From the NCBI GenBank assembly GCA_041694815.1, contig JBGFSC010000005.1, positions 22,973 through 86,972 on the forward strand: a stretch of 64,000 bases of DNA, in the 5' to 3' direction. The notes below the pieces were generated by a model. The model had not been told where the DNA came from. It ran no database searches and saw only the letters and a program-made list of their open reading frames with translations. Of this stretch, positions 38,370-48,112 are shown piece by piece. Position 1 is the first letter of the stretch. Every line of letters starts with the position of its first letter. The translations under genes were made by a program, and so were the position numbers. Source of the DNA: Elusimicrobiota bacterium (GTDB taxonomy: Bacteria > Elusimicrobiota > Elusimicrobia > UBA1565 > JACRDR01).

Positions 38370-38565
38370 TGAGCTCCTCCCCACTGATAGCAGGATAACC
38401 GGAACTGTAAACCAGCGCCAAGAAAGAAATCTTAAGCATAATTATCCTTATTCTACCTGTGTAATTTATTTAACAGAGGCCTCTCTTGACGCCTGCTTGA
38501 ATCCGCTATTGACAAAACCGGGCCGACCCGATATATAGTAGCGGCCCAACGCCACGGAGGAATCA

Positions 38566-39102
38566 ATGAAAAAGTTAAGCTTGTGCGCCTCGCTTCTATG
38601 CCTATCGTTTTCCTTAGCCGGCCTCGCGGTCGCGCAAGACGAGAATCGAAGGGCAACTCCCGCCACCCCGGCAATCCCCGCCGAACCCTCGGCCGACGGA
38701 GGGCCTGCGACGCCCGCTACGCCGGCGATCCCAGCCGAACCCGCAGCCCCCTCGGGACAGGAGATGGCGCCGGTCGAAGCCCATCCTCACGCGGCACATC
38801 CCGGGCGCCGGCATCACCGCCGCCATCATCGCCGAATGGGTCGCCGGATGGAGCGGCACGGCGAGCATTTGGAACGGGCCGGCGAGCGCCGCGAGAATCG
38901 CGGGGAATGGATCGAGGAGCGCGGCGAGCGGCTCGAGCGGCGAGGCGAGGCCATCGGCGGCCCGGCGGGCGAGCGCATGGAGCATCGCGGCGAGATGATG
39001 CAGCGCCACGGGGAGCGCATGCAGCGCCAGGGCGAGCGGATGCAGAACCGCGGCGAACGCATGGAACACCGAGGCGAGAGAATCCAGCACCCTCGACGCT
39101 AA
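38566..39102 (+). CDS. Exported low-complexity protein with heptad GE-R-M repeats
   Basis: GGAGG RBS, TTGACA promoter at 38509, signal peptide AVA, ATPATPAIPAEP x2, about 11 (R/H)GExxxx heptads. Confidence 0.75.
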   Translation: MKKLSLCASLLCLSFSLAGLAVAQDENRRATPATPAIPAEPSADGGPATPATPAIPAEPAAPSGQEMAPVEAHPHAAHPGRRHHRRHHRRMGRRMERHGEHLERAGERRENRGEWIEERGERLERRGEAIGGPAGERMEHRGEMMQRHGERMQRQGERMQNRGERMEHRGERIQHPRR

Positions 39103-39257
39103 ACTACCACGCCCTCACCTCCTTTTGCGACTTGGCGCCGTCCTAATTAGGCCGTCACGGCGCTCAAATAATTAAATTGCGCCGTTTCCATAGCCCGGGC
39201 CTCCGGCAGATGCTACCCTGCGTCCCTTCGCAACGCCGCTAAGCCAGGAGGAAATTT

Positions 39258-39527
39258 ATGGCAAGAAAACTCGCTCAAAATGAGACGTATTCCGTCCAAC
39301 CATCGACGCAGGATATGCGCGAGGCTCCGGGAGCGATGCCCTCGCCGACGCCGGGGCGCCCGGGAGCGCCCGGGCAGACGACGCAGCCCTATGGAGGCCC
39401 CGGGGACGCGGCCGCCGCCCCTCAAGCCACCCGCGGCTGGGGCGTGATCCTTTTTGTCGTCGCCGTCGTCGCCCTGATCCTTCTTTCCTTCAGGCGCAAG
39501 CGGCGCACGCCTCCTCCTGGCGCCTAA
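39258..39527 (+). CDS. Small single-pass membrane protein
   Basis: AGGAGG RBS, Pro-rich N-terminus, C-terminal TM followed by RRKRR. Confidence 0.65.
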   Translation: MARKLAQNETYSVQPSTQDMREAPGAMPSPTPGRPGAPGQTTQPYGGPGDAAAAPQATRGWGVILFVVAVVALILLSFRRKRRTPPPGA

Positions 39528-42500
39528 AAGGTCAGGGTGAAACCGGTAGCCAGCTGCCGGTTGAGGTATCGCGGGGTCACCGAGTAAAGGACGTCGCAGA
39601 CCCAGGAGAGTCGCTCGAACATGCGCCAGCGCAGCGACGCCTTGGCGGACTGCAGCCAGCGCCCACGGCCCTCTTGCACGCCGTAGCCTCCCGCGTACTG
39701 AAGGGTGGCCCGCAGGGGGCCGCCGCCGCGCTTGAAGGCCAAGACGCCCATGTGCTGCTCTAAGCCCCGCGGCGTGAAGTATTCCCGGTCCCCGTAGCGC
39801 GAGTCCGCATAGAGAAACGAGTATCCGATCGAGAGCCCCCGTACCAGGTTGCGGGCGCCCTGCAGGCGCAGCTCGCGCAGGCGGTTGGAGTCGTTAAACC
39901 GTACCTCGTCATAGCCGGCCGACCCCTCCCACGCGAGCGTGGGGGCCCAGCTCAGCGTGAAGCCGTCCTTGCGGGCCTTGCGTCCCCGGAAGATCGCCGA
40001 GGCGTTCTCCACGTCGTCGATCCCGTCGAAGACGGACAGCCGCAGGGTGGGCGTCAGCGACATCGACAGGCCGACGCCGTAATTGTCGGAGGTCCTTTCC
40101 GTCTTGGCGGGACGCAGCAGCCCGTTGTGGCGCTGCTCGGAGCGGGTCTCGAACTGCCTGCGGGTGTAGGAAAGCTGAACGGCGGTCTTAAGCGTCACCG
40201 GAAGCTGGAGCTGGAATCCCCCCTCCTGCCCGTCGATGCTCGTGGTGCCGTGCTCCGAGTAACGCGAGCGGCCCATCCAACCGGAAAACTGCGCCGCACG
40301 GATGGGGGCTGCCACCCGCACGATCTGCTTGGCGTGGGAGCGGCGGAAATTGTCCGAGAAGCCGACGAAGGCCGGCGTCGCCGAGGGAGCCACCTGCATC
40401 TCGGCCTGCCTGAGGAGCTCTTGATAGCGGGGGGTCTGGGGATCGAGCGAGTGCGCCTCCGCGTAGAGTTTATGCGCGCCGTAAAGATAGCCGGCCTTCT
40501 CCATCGCCACCCCCTTCTCGGCGTAGAGCTCGGCGCAGCGTAGACCCTCCCTTTCGAGGCCTTCGTAAATCTCCAAGGCCTGGGCCGGCCTAGACGCCAT
40601 CACCCACAGGCTCGCCTCGAGCAGTCGCGCCATGACCCAGGGCTCGCTCAACGAGAGCTGTGCTAGCAATTGCTCCTCGCCCATGTCAGCGGGTACTTGG
40701 AAGCGCTTGATGGCATGGGAGGTCGAGCCCGCGGCGTTGAAGCCGGAGGAATCCTGGATGAAGGCCAACGCGAAATGTTTTTGGACCAGCGCCCGGTTGA
40801 GGGACGCGGCCTCGAGCTCGTTGGTCTCGGCGGCCTGTCCGTAATCCCCGTAAGGAAACGCGAAGGCGCACGGGCCCCCGGGGCAGGCCCATTCCCGCGC
40901 CCGGCGGTATTGCTCCTCGAGCCTAGTCCTGAATTCCTCCCTACTTTCCAGGCGGCCGGCCTCGGCCAGCCAGGCGCGGTTGGCCAAGCCGTGCCCGGTA
41001 TGGCTGGAGCTGTCCACCGGGACCGGTTCGCGGCTCGACTGAGCGTGTATTTCCCACCGGCCGGTGCTCCGCCATGCGGCCAATTCCTTGGCGTCCGCGA
41101 GGGAGGGATTGCCTTCCTCCGGCGGCGCGGGGGCGAACATGACCGCCTTAAGCCCCGTCGCCTTCAAGATCGGATCGGCCTGGCGGAACGTCTCGCGTAG
41201 GCCATCGTCGAAGCTCAGCACGAGCGCCTTGTCGGGCAGGCGCCCGCCCTTACTCAGGAATTCCTCCACCTCCGCGACGCCGACGGTACGAAAGCCGGCG
41301 CGCTTGAGGGCCTCCGCGTGTTTCTTGAAATTCTCGGCCCATATCCGCTCGCCGCGGCTGAAAGGCGAAATCCCTTCGTACGCCAAGGCATGGAAGGCAG
41401 GGGGCCTGTCCCGGACCAGGGGGCGGACCAACGCGAAGGCCTCCTCCATCCGTCCGGAATCCGCCAAGATACGAGCCCTCCGGATTTTAAGCAAGGGCGT
41501 CGCCTGCCCCTTCTCCAGGCCGCTGAGGATTTCCAACGCCTCCTGGAATTCCCCCCGCGCCTGAGCCATGCGCGCCGCGGCCAACAAGGGCCGTTCGTTG
41601 TTCGGGTTCCTTTGATGGATGAATTCATACGTCCTCTGGGCCTCCGACCAGCGCTGGCCCTGCTCCAGGGCCGCGGCCTTGAGGGCATGGCCCTGAAGGG
41701 GGAACGGGTCCAACTCGATCGCCCGGGAAGCCGCCATCAATGCCTTCGCCGACCGTCCAGAACCCAGGGAGACCTTGGCCAGGCGCAGCCACGATGACCG
41801 GGAATAAGGGCCGAATTCGGCCAATCGCCCGAGCCAATAATGGCCGTCGTTAAAATCCTTTCGGAATATGGAATCCTCGATGAGGCGCTCGATGGCGTCG
41901 GCGCTGACGCCGGCGCTGGAAGCGAGCAATTTCCACTCCGAAACCGCTTCGTCGAAACCCCCAAGCGAATAAAGAAGGGAGGCGCGGCGCTTGCGATACC
42001 CCACCGTTGGTTGGAGCTTTACGAGACGCTCGAACAGTTCTAGGGCCGATTCGCGATCCCCCAGCTGCTCCGAGAAATCGGCCAGCGCGAACAGTACCGC
42101 GGGGTCTTCCCTATGGCGGCTTTCCAATCGTTTGAGCAGGGCGATGGATTGCTGTTTCCGCTTCAGGTAGAACATCGCCTTCGCCGCGACGAGCGACGCC
42201 TCGCGATCGTTCGGCGCCAAGCGCAGCGCGCGGCGCGAGGAGGCCGCCGCCGCACCGTAACGCCCCTCCCCCAGCTCCAAATTTCCCTGCAGCACGAGGT
42301 AAGAGTGGTTTCCAGGATGCAGCGCCGACAGGCGCGAAGCCAGCGTCAATGCCTCCACAAGTTCCCCCCTGGCCCAATGGGCCCAGCAGAGGCTCAACAT
42401 AGCCGACGTATCGCTGGATCGCTCGACCAACAGGCGCCACTGGCCGATGGCGGCCTCGATTTGCCCGTGATTGTAGAGGGCCTGCGCGCGGAGCCGGCGA

Positions 42501-43594
42501 AGGCGACCATTTTCCGGGTCGAGGCGCAGCAATTCGTCGTATTGCTCCAGCGCGGCCTCATAGAAACCCATTTGCTGGAGCAGGTCGGCCGCGCCGAAAC
42601 GGGAGGCCCTGCCGGGATTGGCCCGCAGGAACTCGCGCAGAAAATTCGTCGCCTCCAGAGAGCGCTTAGCGCCGAAAAGGGTCCTGGCTCGAAGGAGCGC
42701 CGCGTCGAGGTCGTTGGGAGAAAGCGCCAAGGCGCGCGCCGAGAGCTCCAAGGCGCGCTCGAACTTCTCATGCTCGGTTTCCACGCTGGCGGCCAGGATC
42801 AGCGCGGCCACGTCCCTGGGGTAGCGCTCCGGCAACCGGCGCCAGCGAACGGCGTCCTTGTCGAGCCCCTTGAGCTTAGGGTAGGCCCTGGCCAGGGCCC
42901 GCATGCTCTCCGGCTCTGGCGGGTCCCGCCGTACCCACTGCCGCCAAACCTTGAGCGCCTCCTCCCCGCGGCCGAGCTGGTAGAGCACATCCGCGCGACG
43001 CCGGGCGAAGCGGGGGTTGTCTGGCGAACGCCTCACCAGGCGGTCGTAATAGCTCAAGGAGCGCTCGAAATGCCCCAACATATCGAGCAGCTCGGCCATT
43101 TGAGACAGCACCGCCGCATCCCGCGGGTGCGAACGCGAGAAGGGCTCGAGCACCCGCAGCGCCTCCTCGCCGCGCCCTGATCCCGCGAGCGCCCTCGCCA
43201 GCAATACGGCGCCGCGCGCGTCGCCGGGAGCCAGGCGCAGCGCCTCCCGAGCCATGGCGACCGCTTCCTCGAAACGCCCGCTATCGATTTCCAGGCTGGA
43301 AAGGCCGCGCGCGAAGGCCGGATTTTGGGGGTCTAGGGCCATCAAGGTGCGCCAACACTTGCGGGCGCGGTCGTACTCCTGCAGATGGGCGAACGCCCAG
43401 GCCAGGTTCATCAAGGCGTCCGAGGAGCCGGGATTAGCGGCGAGTTCGGCCTCGAAGGATAGGGTCGCCTCACGATAGCGGTTCTGCGACATCAGTTCCA
43501 GCCCTCGCTTGAGGGGTTCCGTTCGAGTGGGGTCCGAGGCCGCGGCTTCGACCGCCGTCAGGAATAGGCATGCGAAAAAAACGGCGTTTCTCAT
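39524..43594 (-). CDS. TPR + CE4/NodB-like + TPR + probable beta-barrel polysaccharide export protein (PgaA/BcsC-analogous)
   Basis: Signal peptide at MRNAVFF, many TPR repeats, LSFDDG and FAFPYG motifs, amphipathic beta strands ending in terminal F. Confidence 0.78.
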   Translation of the reverse strand: MRNAVFFACLFLTAVEAAASDPTRTEPLKRGLELMSQNRYREATLSFEAELAANPGSSDALMNLAWAFAHLQEYDRARKCWRTLMALDPQNPAFARGLSSLEIDSGRFEEAVAMAREALRLAPGDARGAVLLARALAGSGRGEEALRVLEPFSRSHPRDAAVLSQMAELLDMLGHFERSLSYYDRLVRRSPDNPRFARRRADVLYQLGRGEEALKVWRQWVRRDPPEPESMRALARAYPKLKGLDKDAVRWRRLPERYPRDVAALILAASVETEHEKFERALELSARALALSPNDLDAALLRARTLFGAKRSLEATNFLREFLRANPGRASRFGAADLLQQMGFYEAALEQYDELLRLDPENGRLRRLRAQALYNHGQIEAAIGQWRLLVERSSDTSAMLSLCWAHWARGELVEALTLASRLSALHPGNHSYLVLQGNLELGEGRYGAAAASSRRALRLAPNDREASLVAAKAMFYLKRKQQSIALLKRLESRHREDPAVLFALADFSEQLGDRESALELFERLVKLQPTVGYRKRRASLLYSLGGFDEAVSEWKLLASSAGVSADAIERLIEDSIFRKDFNDGHYWLGRLAEFGPYSRSSWLRLAKVSLGSGRSAKALMAASRAIELDPFPLQGHALKAAALEQGQRWSEAQRTYEFIHQRNPNNERPLLAAARMAQARGEFQEALEILSGLEKGQATPLLKIRRARILADSGRMEEAFALVRPLVRDRPPAFHALAYEGISPFSRGERIWAENFKKHAEALKRAGFRTVGVAEVEEFLSKGGRLPDKALVLSFDDGLRETFRQADPILKATGLKAVMFAPAPPEEGNPSLADAKELAAWRSTGRWEIHAQSSREPVPVDSSSHTGHGLANRAWLAEAGRLESREEFRTRLEEQYRRAREWACPGGPCAFAFPYGDYGQAAETNELEAASLNRALVQKHFALAFIQDSSGFNAAGSTSHAIKRFQVPADMGEEQLLAQLSLSEPWVMARLLEASLWVMASRPAQALEIYEGLEREGLRCAELYAEKGVAMEKAGYLYGAHKLYAEAHSLDPQTPRYQELLRQAEMQVAPSATPAFVGFSDNFRRSHAKQIVRVAAPIRAAQFSGWMGRSRYSEHGTTSIDGQEGGFQLQLPVTLKTAVQLSYTRRQFETRSEQRHNGLLRPAKTERTSDNYGVGLSMSLTPTLRLSVFDGIDDVENASAIFRGRKARKDGFTLSWAPTLAWEGSAGYDEVRFNDSNRLRELRLQGARNLVRGLSIGYSFLYADSRYGDREYFTPRGLEQHMGVLAFKRGGGPLRATLQYAGGYGVQEGRGRWLQSAKASLRWRMFERLSWVCDVLYSVTPRYLNRQLATGFTLTF

Positions 43595-45375
43595 GGATGT
43601 CCTCCCCGATCGCCGGCCTCGCTCAATCGGAGCCACTCGAACTCCCCTCCGCCCTCGGGCACGAGGACGCCGTCGATGAGCTTGCGCAAGCCGGAGAAGC
43701 CGGAGGGATCCGGGTGCGCGACCCACAGCTTCCGACGCCTGAACCCCGGCTCGCTCCGCAGGGCCGACACGGCCCCGCGGATGTCCTCCGGACGCGCGCC
43801 TGCTCCCACCCGCAGCAGCAGGCCCTTGCCGCCTAGCGCGTCGGCTTGCCGCCATAGGGCCTGGATGAAATGACGGCGTGAGGACTCCTTCATCCGGCGG
43901 ATCACGCTTGGGTCTTCCACGTAGAGGCCGGCGACGAGGTCGCAGCGATAAAAGCCGGCGATCGCCTTGAGCAGCTCCTGCTGCTCGCCCTGCACATCGA
44001 GCAGGCCTTGCCGGTCCACCCGGATCCATTGAGGTGCCAGGGCGCGGAGCTCGGAAGCGCGGCTGCGGATCTCCTGAATGCCCGCCCTCGGAGAAAAGGA
44101 AAGCCAGCGGACCGGCAAGGGAGCCGCCCGCACCGAGCTCAGAATGGCGCCGGCGCTTCCCTTGTCGGGGTCGTAAACACCGAAGGAGACGCGCCCCTCG
44201 GCGACTCCCGAAGGGACCCATCGCGGCTTGGCGAAAAGCAAGCGCCCGTTGAGCGAAGCGATCGCCCACTCACCCTTGAGGACGAGGCGCAGTCGTGCTG
44301 GAAAATCGTGGGGCGTCACGGGAGCCTTCGCCAAGGTGACGGGCTTGCGCCCCTTGCCCTCCAACTGCTGGAGCCTCCAGTGCCCTTCCGAGGCGCCCAG
44401 GCGAAGATAGCTTTGGCCCGGGATTTCCCTGGCATACATCCAAGCCGCGCGTTTGAAGCTTTTGAGGGTGTATTCGACGACCATATCACTCCAGGTCTCG
44501 GTGCCTCGCAGCGCCAGGGACGCCCCTGTCTGCCGCGGAGTCGGCAAAATGGCCAGGCGCCGCTTAGCGGAAATGATCCCCCATTCGACTGTCCAGTCCA
44601 TCCGCAAGCGTTCAGCCTGGAAGGAATCCTCGAAAGCCCTCTTGCGCGGCTCGAGGGCGAAAAGGGCCAACAACACGTCCGCCGCGCTGTCCGTAGGCCG
44701 GACGCGGAGCAGGCGCAGCCCCGCCGGGCTCTGCAGCCGATCGTTGTAGCCGGTCCTCGCCGGCAAGAAGCGCAATTCGGAACCGGCACCGCCTCCTTCC
44801 AGCGCGGAACCGGCATCGTCCACACGCGTCCCGAAATCCCAAGCCCCCCCTCGGCGCAATTGCCGGACCGCATGGGGAGAAAGGGCGCGCCGGCGGTCCT
44901 CCCTTCTCAGATTTTTCTGCTGGAAGGCGGCCGCGCGCATCCTTCGTTTCTTGAGGACCTTCTCGGCCCAATGGATGCTTCGCGGGTGATCCCGGTCGAA
45001 GGCGATTAGGATCGACTTGGCGGGTAACGGACGGCCCGCCCGGTAAAAATCTCGAACATCCGAGAATCCGATCGTGGAATAGCCTACCCGGTCGAGCCCG
45101 TCGATGATCCTCGTGAACTCCTCCGGAGGGAATGCGCCCTCGCGGCGGTCGACGGCTGGCATCAGCACGCCTATGAAATGCCTCGCCTCGCCGCGAGCGC
45201 GCGCGGCCCTCTGCGCCTGCAGGCCGCGCCTCCTAAAATAGGCGCTTCCCTCGATCAACCATATTCCCGTCAGGGCGAAGGCGGCCAACAGCGCCGCCCA
45301 GGAGGCCGCATAGTTCGGAAGACGCGCGGCCCTCGCGGGGAGCGGCAGCCTTCCGGCGGAAGCCGTCGTTTCCAT
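43591..45375 (-). CDS. Membrane-anchored multidomain carbohydrate-processing protein (degenerate CE4 + beta-sandwich + GH18-like remnant)
   Basis: One TM, GYSTIGFSDV..F..GRPLPAKSILIAFD PgaB-like segment; ATG overlaps the GT2 stop (TGATG); later domains tentative. Confidence 0.6.
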   Translation of the reverse strand: METTASAGRLPLPARAARLPNYAASWAALLAAFALTGIWLIEGSAYFRRRGLQAQRAARARGEARHFIGVLMPAVDRREGAFPPEEFTRIIDGLDRVGYSTIGFSDVRDFYRAGRPLPAKSILIAFDRDHPRSIHWAEKVLKKRRMRAAAFQQKNLRREDRRRALSPHAVRQLRRGGAWDFGTRVDDAGSALEGGGAGSELRFLPARTGYNDRLQSPAGLRLLRVRPTDSAADVLLALFALEPRKRAFEDSFQAERLRMDWTVEWGIISAKRRLAILPTPRQTGASLALRGTETWSDMVVEYTLKSFKRAAWMYAREIPGQSYLRLGASEGHWRLQQLEGKGRKPVTLAKAPVTPHDFPARLRLVLKGEWAIASLNGRLLFAKPRWVPSGVAEGRVSFGVYDPDKGSAGAILSSVRAAPLPVRWLSFSPRAGIQEIRSRASELRALAPQWIRVDRQGLLDVQGEQQELLKAIAGFYRCDLVAGLYVEDPSVIRRMKESSRRHFIQALWRQADALGGKGLLLRVGAGARPEDIRGAVSALRSEPGFRRRKLWVAHPDPSGFSGLRKLIDGVLVPEGGGEFEWLRLSEAGDRGGHP

Positions 45376-47012
45376 CAGCGGGTCCCCCAATGGTTTTTCC
45401 GCATCGTCAAGAAGGCGTAGTAGGTCTGCGGCCCCATCAGCGCGCCCTGAACGGCCATCATAAGGACACCCAACAGCCAATTCGGGCTCGTCGGGCTTTT
45501 CCACAGGAAATAAAAACATTGGGATAGGCCCAAGATCACGAAACCTCCGATGTAGTAGCTCAGCTCCGCCGTTTGTCCGCCCCAAATACCACCCAAGAGG
45601 GTCTTATACGCGATCCAAGGAGAGGCGGTGCTGCACAAGGCGGCCGCGTAGAAAGAAAGCGCGCCTAGGGGATTTTTTCGGCAGACGAAGCGCCCGGCGA
45701 TCAGGGTCTCCCGCAGCCAGGACTTCTTCCAGCGCACCTGTTGGCGCATGTAATGCGACCAGGTGGCCGGGACCAGAGTCGTCGAGACGGCCGTCTCGTT
45801 GTATATCACGCGGTAATTGCGCAGGATGAAGTTGGTGAGGCTCCGATCGTCGCCGAAGGTGGCCTGCGCCCCCAAAAATCGCTGCCCCAGCCAAGGATCC
45901 AATATCGGCATCAAATAACTTCTCCGGTACGCGGAAAGGCAACCGGGACAACAGGTCACGCAGCTAAATACGCTTTCGGACGCCTTCATCAGCTTGTAGG
46001 AGACAAGGTAGCGGAGTTCCTGCATCCGGGTGAGCGTGTTCTTATCCGCGTTCTCGACATCCGTGTGTCCCGACACCGCTCCCAGCGTCGGATCCTCGAA
46101 GCCGCAGACGATTCTCCGGAAGGCCGTCGGATAGACGAAGGTGTCGGAATCGAGGAAGACGATGATTTCCCCGGAAGCGGCGCGCACGCCGGTCGCCATG
46201 GCATGCCGCTTGCCCGAGGAAGGCAGGTTATAGACTTTCAAGTTGGGAAAACGCTGCTGCAGGGCCTTGAGGATGGCTGGGGTGGCGTCGGTGGAGCCGT
46301 CGTTGACGACGATGATCTCCCTTTTATCGTCCGGATACTGGGCGCGGAAGCAGCTTTCTACAGTCCGCGCGATGAAATGCTCCTCGTTCTTGACGGAGAT
46401 AACGACGCTGATCGATGGCTCATAGCCGCTCATCTTCGGCGCGCGGTAGAGGCAAGACAACAAGAAGCGCGATAGATAGAAGGCGCCCAAGATGAGGCTG
46501 TAGGTGTAGACTCCGGGGGCGTACCAAAAAAACTGGAGATTCCCCCATTTGAGATAGGCCATACAGGCGATAAGCAGCATCAGCGCGACTCCGGCTTGGC
46601 GACGCCGATGATATACGGCCCGGCGGATAAGGCTGGGCAGCGACCTTTCCCATCGGACGATGAGAACATAACGGTCGGTCATCGAGGGGTCGCGTTGCTC
46701 CGTGGGTGAGATATCGATCGGCCTCACCTGCGACACGATGCCGGCGAATTCACAGCGTAGGCCGACCGGGGCCGAGCGCACCGATTCGGGGAGATTAAAC
46801 TGCACGACGACCCTCTGACCGCGGCGGAGCGCGACCTTCGAGCGCAAGCAAATGCCCTCCTGCGTATAGTCCGTGGCGGTGGCATGGAGAATCTGGTGCT
46901 CCTGGCCTCGCTCCGAAGAGAAGATGCTAGCCGGGAACCATTCACGGAACCTGGGCTGGCAACGGCGGTCATGATTCCCGCGATATCGCTCGCAGATGGC
47001 TTCGTCGTCCAT
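45375..47012 (-). CDS. PilZ-fused processive GT2 synthase of hyaluronan synthase/NodC type
   Basis: RRCQPR...DYTQEG PilZ-like motifs; DGSTD, GKRHA, DSDT, CCPGCLSAYR, GDDRSLTN, QQVRWKKSW; GGAG RBS before ATG 47012. Confidence 0.85.
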   Translation of the reverse strand: MDDEAICERYRGNHDRRCQPRFREWFPASIFSSERGQEHQILHATATDYTQEGICLRSKVALRRGQRVVVQFNLPESVRSAPVGLRCEFAGIVSQVRPIDISPTEQRDPSMTDRYVLIVRWERSLPSLIRRAVYHRRRQAGVALMLLIACMAYLKWGNLQFFWYAPGVYTYSLILGAFYLSRFLLSCLYRAPKMSGYEPSISVVISVKNEEHFIARTVESCFRAQYPDDKREIIVVNDGSTDATPAILKALQQRFPNLKVYNLPSSGKRHAMATGVRAASGEIIVFLDSDTFVYPTAFRRIVCGFEDPTLGAVSGHTDVENADKNTLTRMQELRYLVSYKLMKASESVFSCVTCCPGCLSAYRRSYLMPILDPWLGQRFLGAQATFGDDRSLTNFILRNYRVIYNETAVSTTLVPATWSHYMRQQVRWKKSWLRETLIAGRFVCRKNPLGALSFYAAALCSTASPWIAYKTLLGGIWGGQTAELSYYIGGFVILGLSQCFYFLWKSPTSPNWLLGVLMMAVQGALMGPQTYYAFLTMRKNHWGTR

Positions 47013-47092
47013 CGTTTCTCCGCCGTAGTATAAACGCGCGGCCAGGGGCTCCCTATAAAGGCCTTGTAAACAGATTCCCATCGGACGTTGAA

Positions 47093-48112
47093 TCATCGGA
47101 TCACGACGAATTTTCCGCTCGTTTTCCAGCCTTGATCGTCGGTGATCAGGTAAAGATAGAAGCCAGAGGCCGCCGTTTCCCCGGCATCGTTGCGCAAGTC
47201 CCATATGGCCACTCCGTTGACGAGGGGCAAGGAACGGACCCAACGCCCGGAAAGAGTGAAGATACGCACTGCCCCTTGGGCGAAGCCGGCATTAAAGGTT
47301 ACCGGCCCTCCGGCATGACGATCGGCCCTCCAGGGATTGGGAAATATCTTCACTGGAGCCTCGGAGGTCTGGGTCGAAGGCGGGGGCGCCGGCCCGTTCT
47401 CCGGAGGCGGCTCTGGATTCTCCTCAGGCGGCGACACCGGAGCATTCTCCGGAGGAGGCGGGATGGCCGACTCGGGTTCGTCTTCGGGAAGCCGCGGAGG
47501 TGGCCAGCCCGGCCTCTCCTCATCCCGTTTGCCTTTCTTTTCCTCCTTGCGTTTATCTTCCTCCCGCTCCTCCTCATCATCGTCCAATTCAGAGGGGATA
47601 TCCTCCACTGTTTCCACCGGCTCGTTGGGAACATTTACGGTGCGGGTAGAGGGTTCTAACAGTTCCCCGGGAGACTCCGCCGTTGCCGTCGACGGCTCCA
47701 CCGGCTCGCTCGGGGACTCCGCCGTTCCCGTTGACGGCTCCACCGGTTCGTTCGGGGATTCGGCCGTGCCAGTGGAAGACTCAACCGGCTCGCTCGGGGA
47801 CTCCGCCGTTGCCGTCGACGGCTCCACCGGTTCGTTCGGGGATTCGGCCGTGCCAGTGGAAGACTCAACCGGCTCGCTCGGGGACTCCGCCGTTCCCGTC
47901 GACGGCTCCACCGGTTCGCTCGGGGATTCGGCCGTGCCAGTGGAAGACTCAACCGGCTCGCTCGGGGATTCCGCCGTCCCCGTCGACGGCTCCACCGGCT
48001 CGCTCGGGGATTCGGCCGTGCCAGTGGAAGACTCAACCGGCTCGCCGGTCTCTTGGGCTCGTGCGAGGGTCATGGATCCGATCGCCAAGAAGATGGACAA
48101 CAACAGTTTCAT
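47093..48112 (-). CDS. Exported acidic repeat protein with T9SS type-A-like C-terminal domain
   Basis: Signal peptide, 14-aa repeats, CTD IFPNP...IFTLSG...WDL...SGFYLY...GKFVVIR. Confidence 0.82.
   Translation of the reverse strand: MKLLLSIFLAIGSMTLARAQETGEPVESSTGTAESPSEPVEPSTGTAESPSEPVESSTGTAESPSEPVEPSTGTAESPSEPVESSTGTAESPNEPVEPSTATAESPSEPVESSTGTAESPNEPVEPSTGTAESPSEPVEPSTATAESPGELLEPSTRTVNVPNEPVETVEDIPSELDDDEEEREEDKRKEEKKGKRDEERPGWPPPRLPEDEPESAIPPPPENAPVSPPEENPEPPPENGPAPPPSTQTSEAPVKIFPNPWRADRHAGGPVTFNAGFAQGAVRIFTLSGRWVRSLPLVNGVAIWDLRNDAGETAASGFYLYLITDDQGWKTSGKFVVIR
47624..48043 (-). repeat. 42-bp intragenic tandem repeat (EPVE[S/P]STGTAESP[S/N]), 9 near-perfect copies plus 1 degenerate
   Basis: Directly visible in DNA and translation; alternating A/B variants give an 84-bp higher-order unit. 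Confidence 0.95.

Noticed and set aside
43595..44269. N-terminal extension giving a 1581-aa TPR protein (and similar extensions of the ORFs ending at 9129, 10882, 28531, 45585 and 53504)
   Set aside because: They overlap real upstream genes; signal peptides and stop/start overlaps identify the shorter starts
47624..48043. Repeat array as CRISPR
   Set aside because: Units are contiguous 42-bp in-frame coding repeats with no unique spacers and no cas genes
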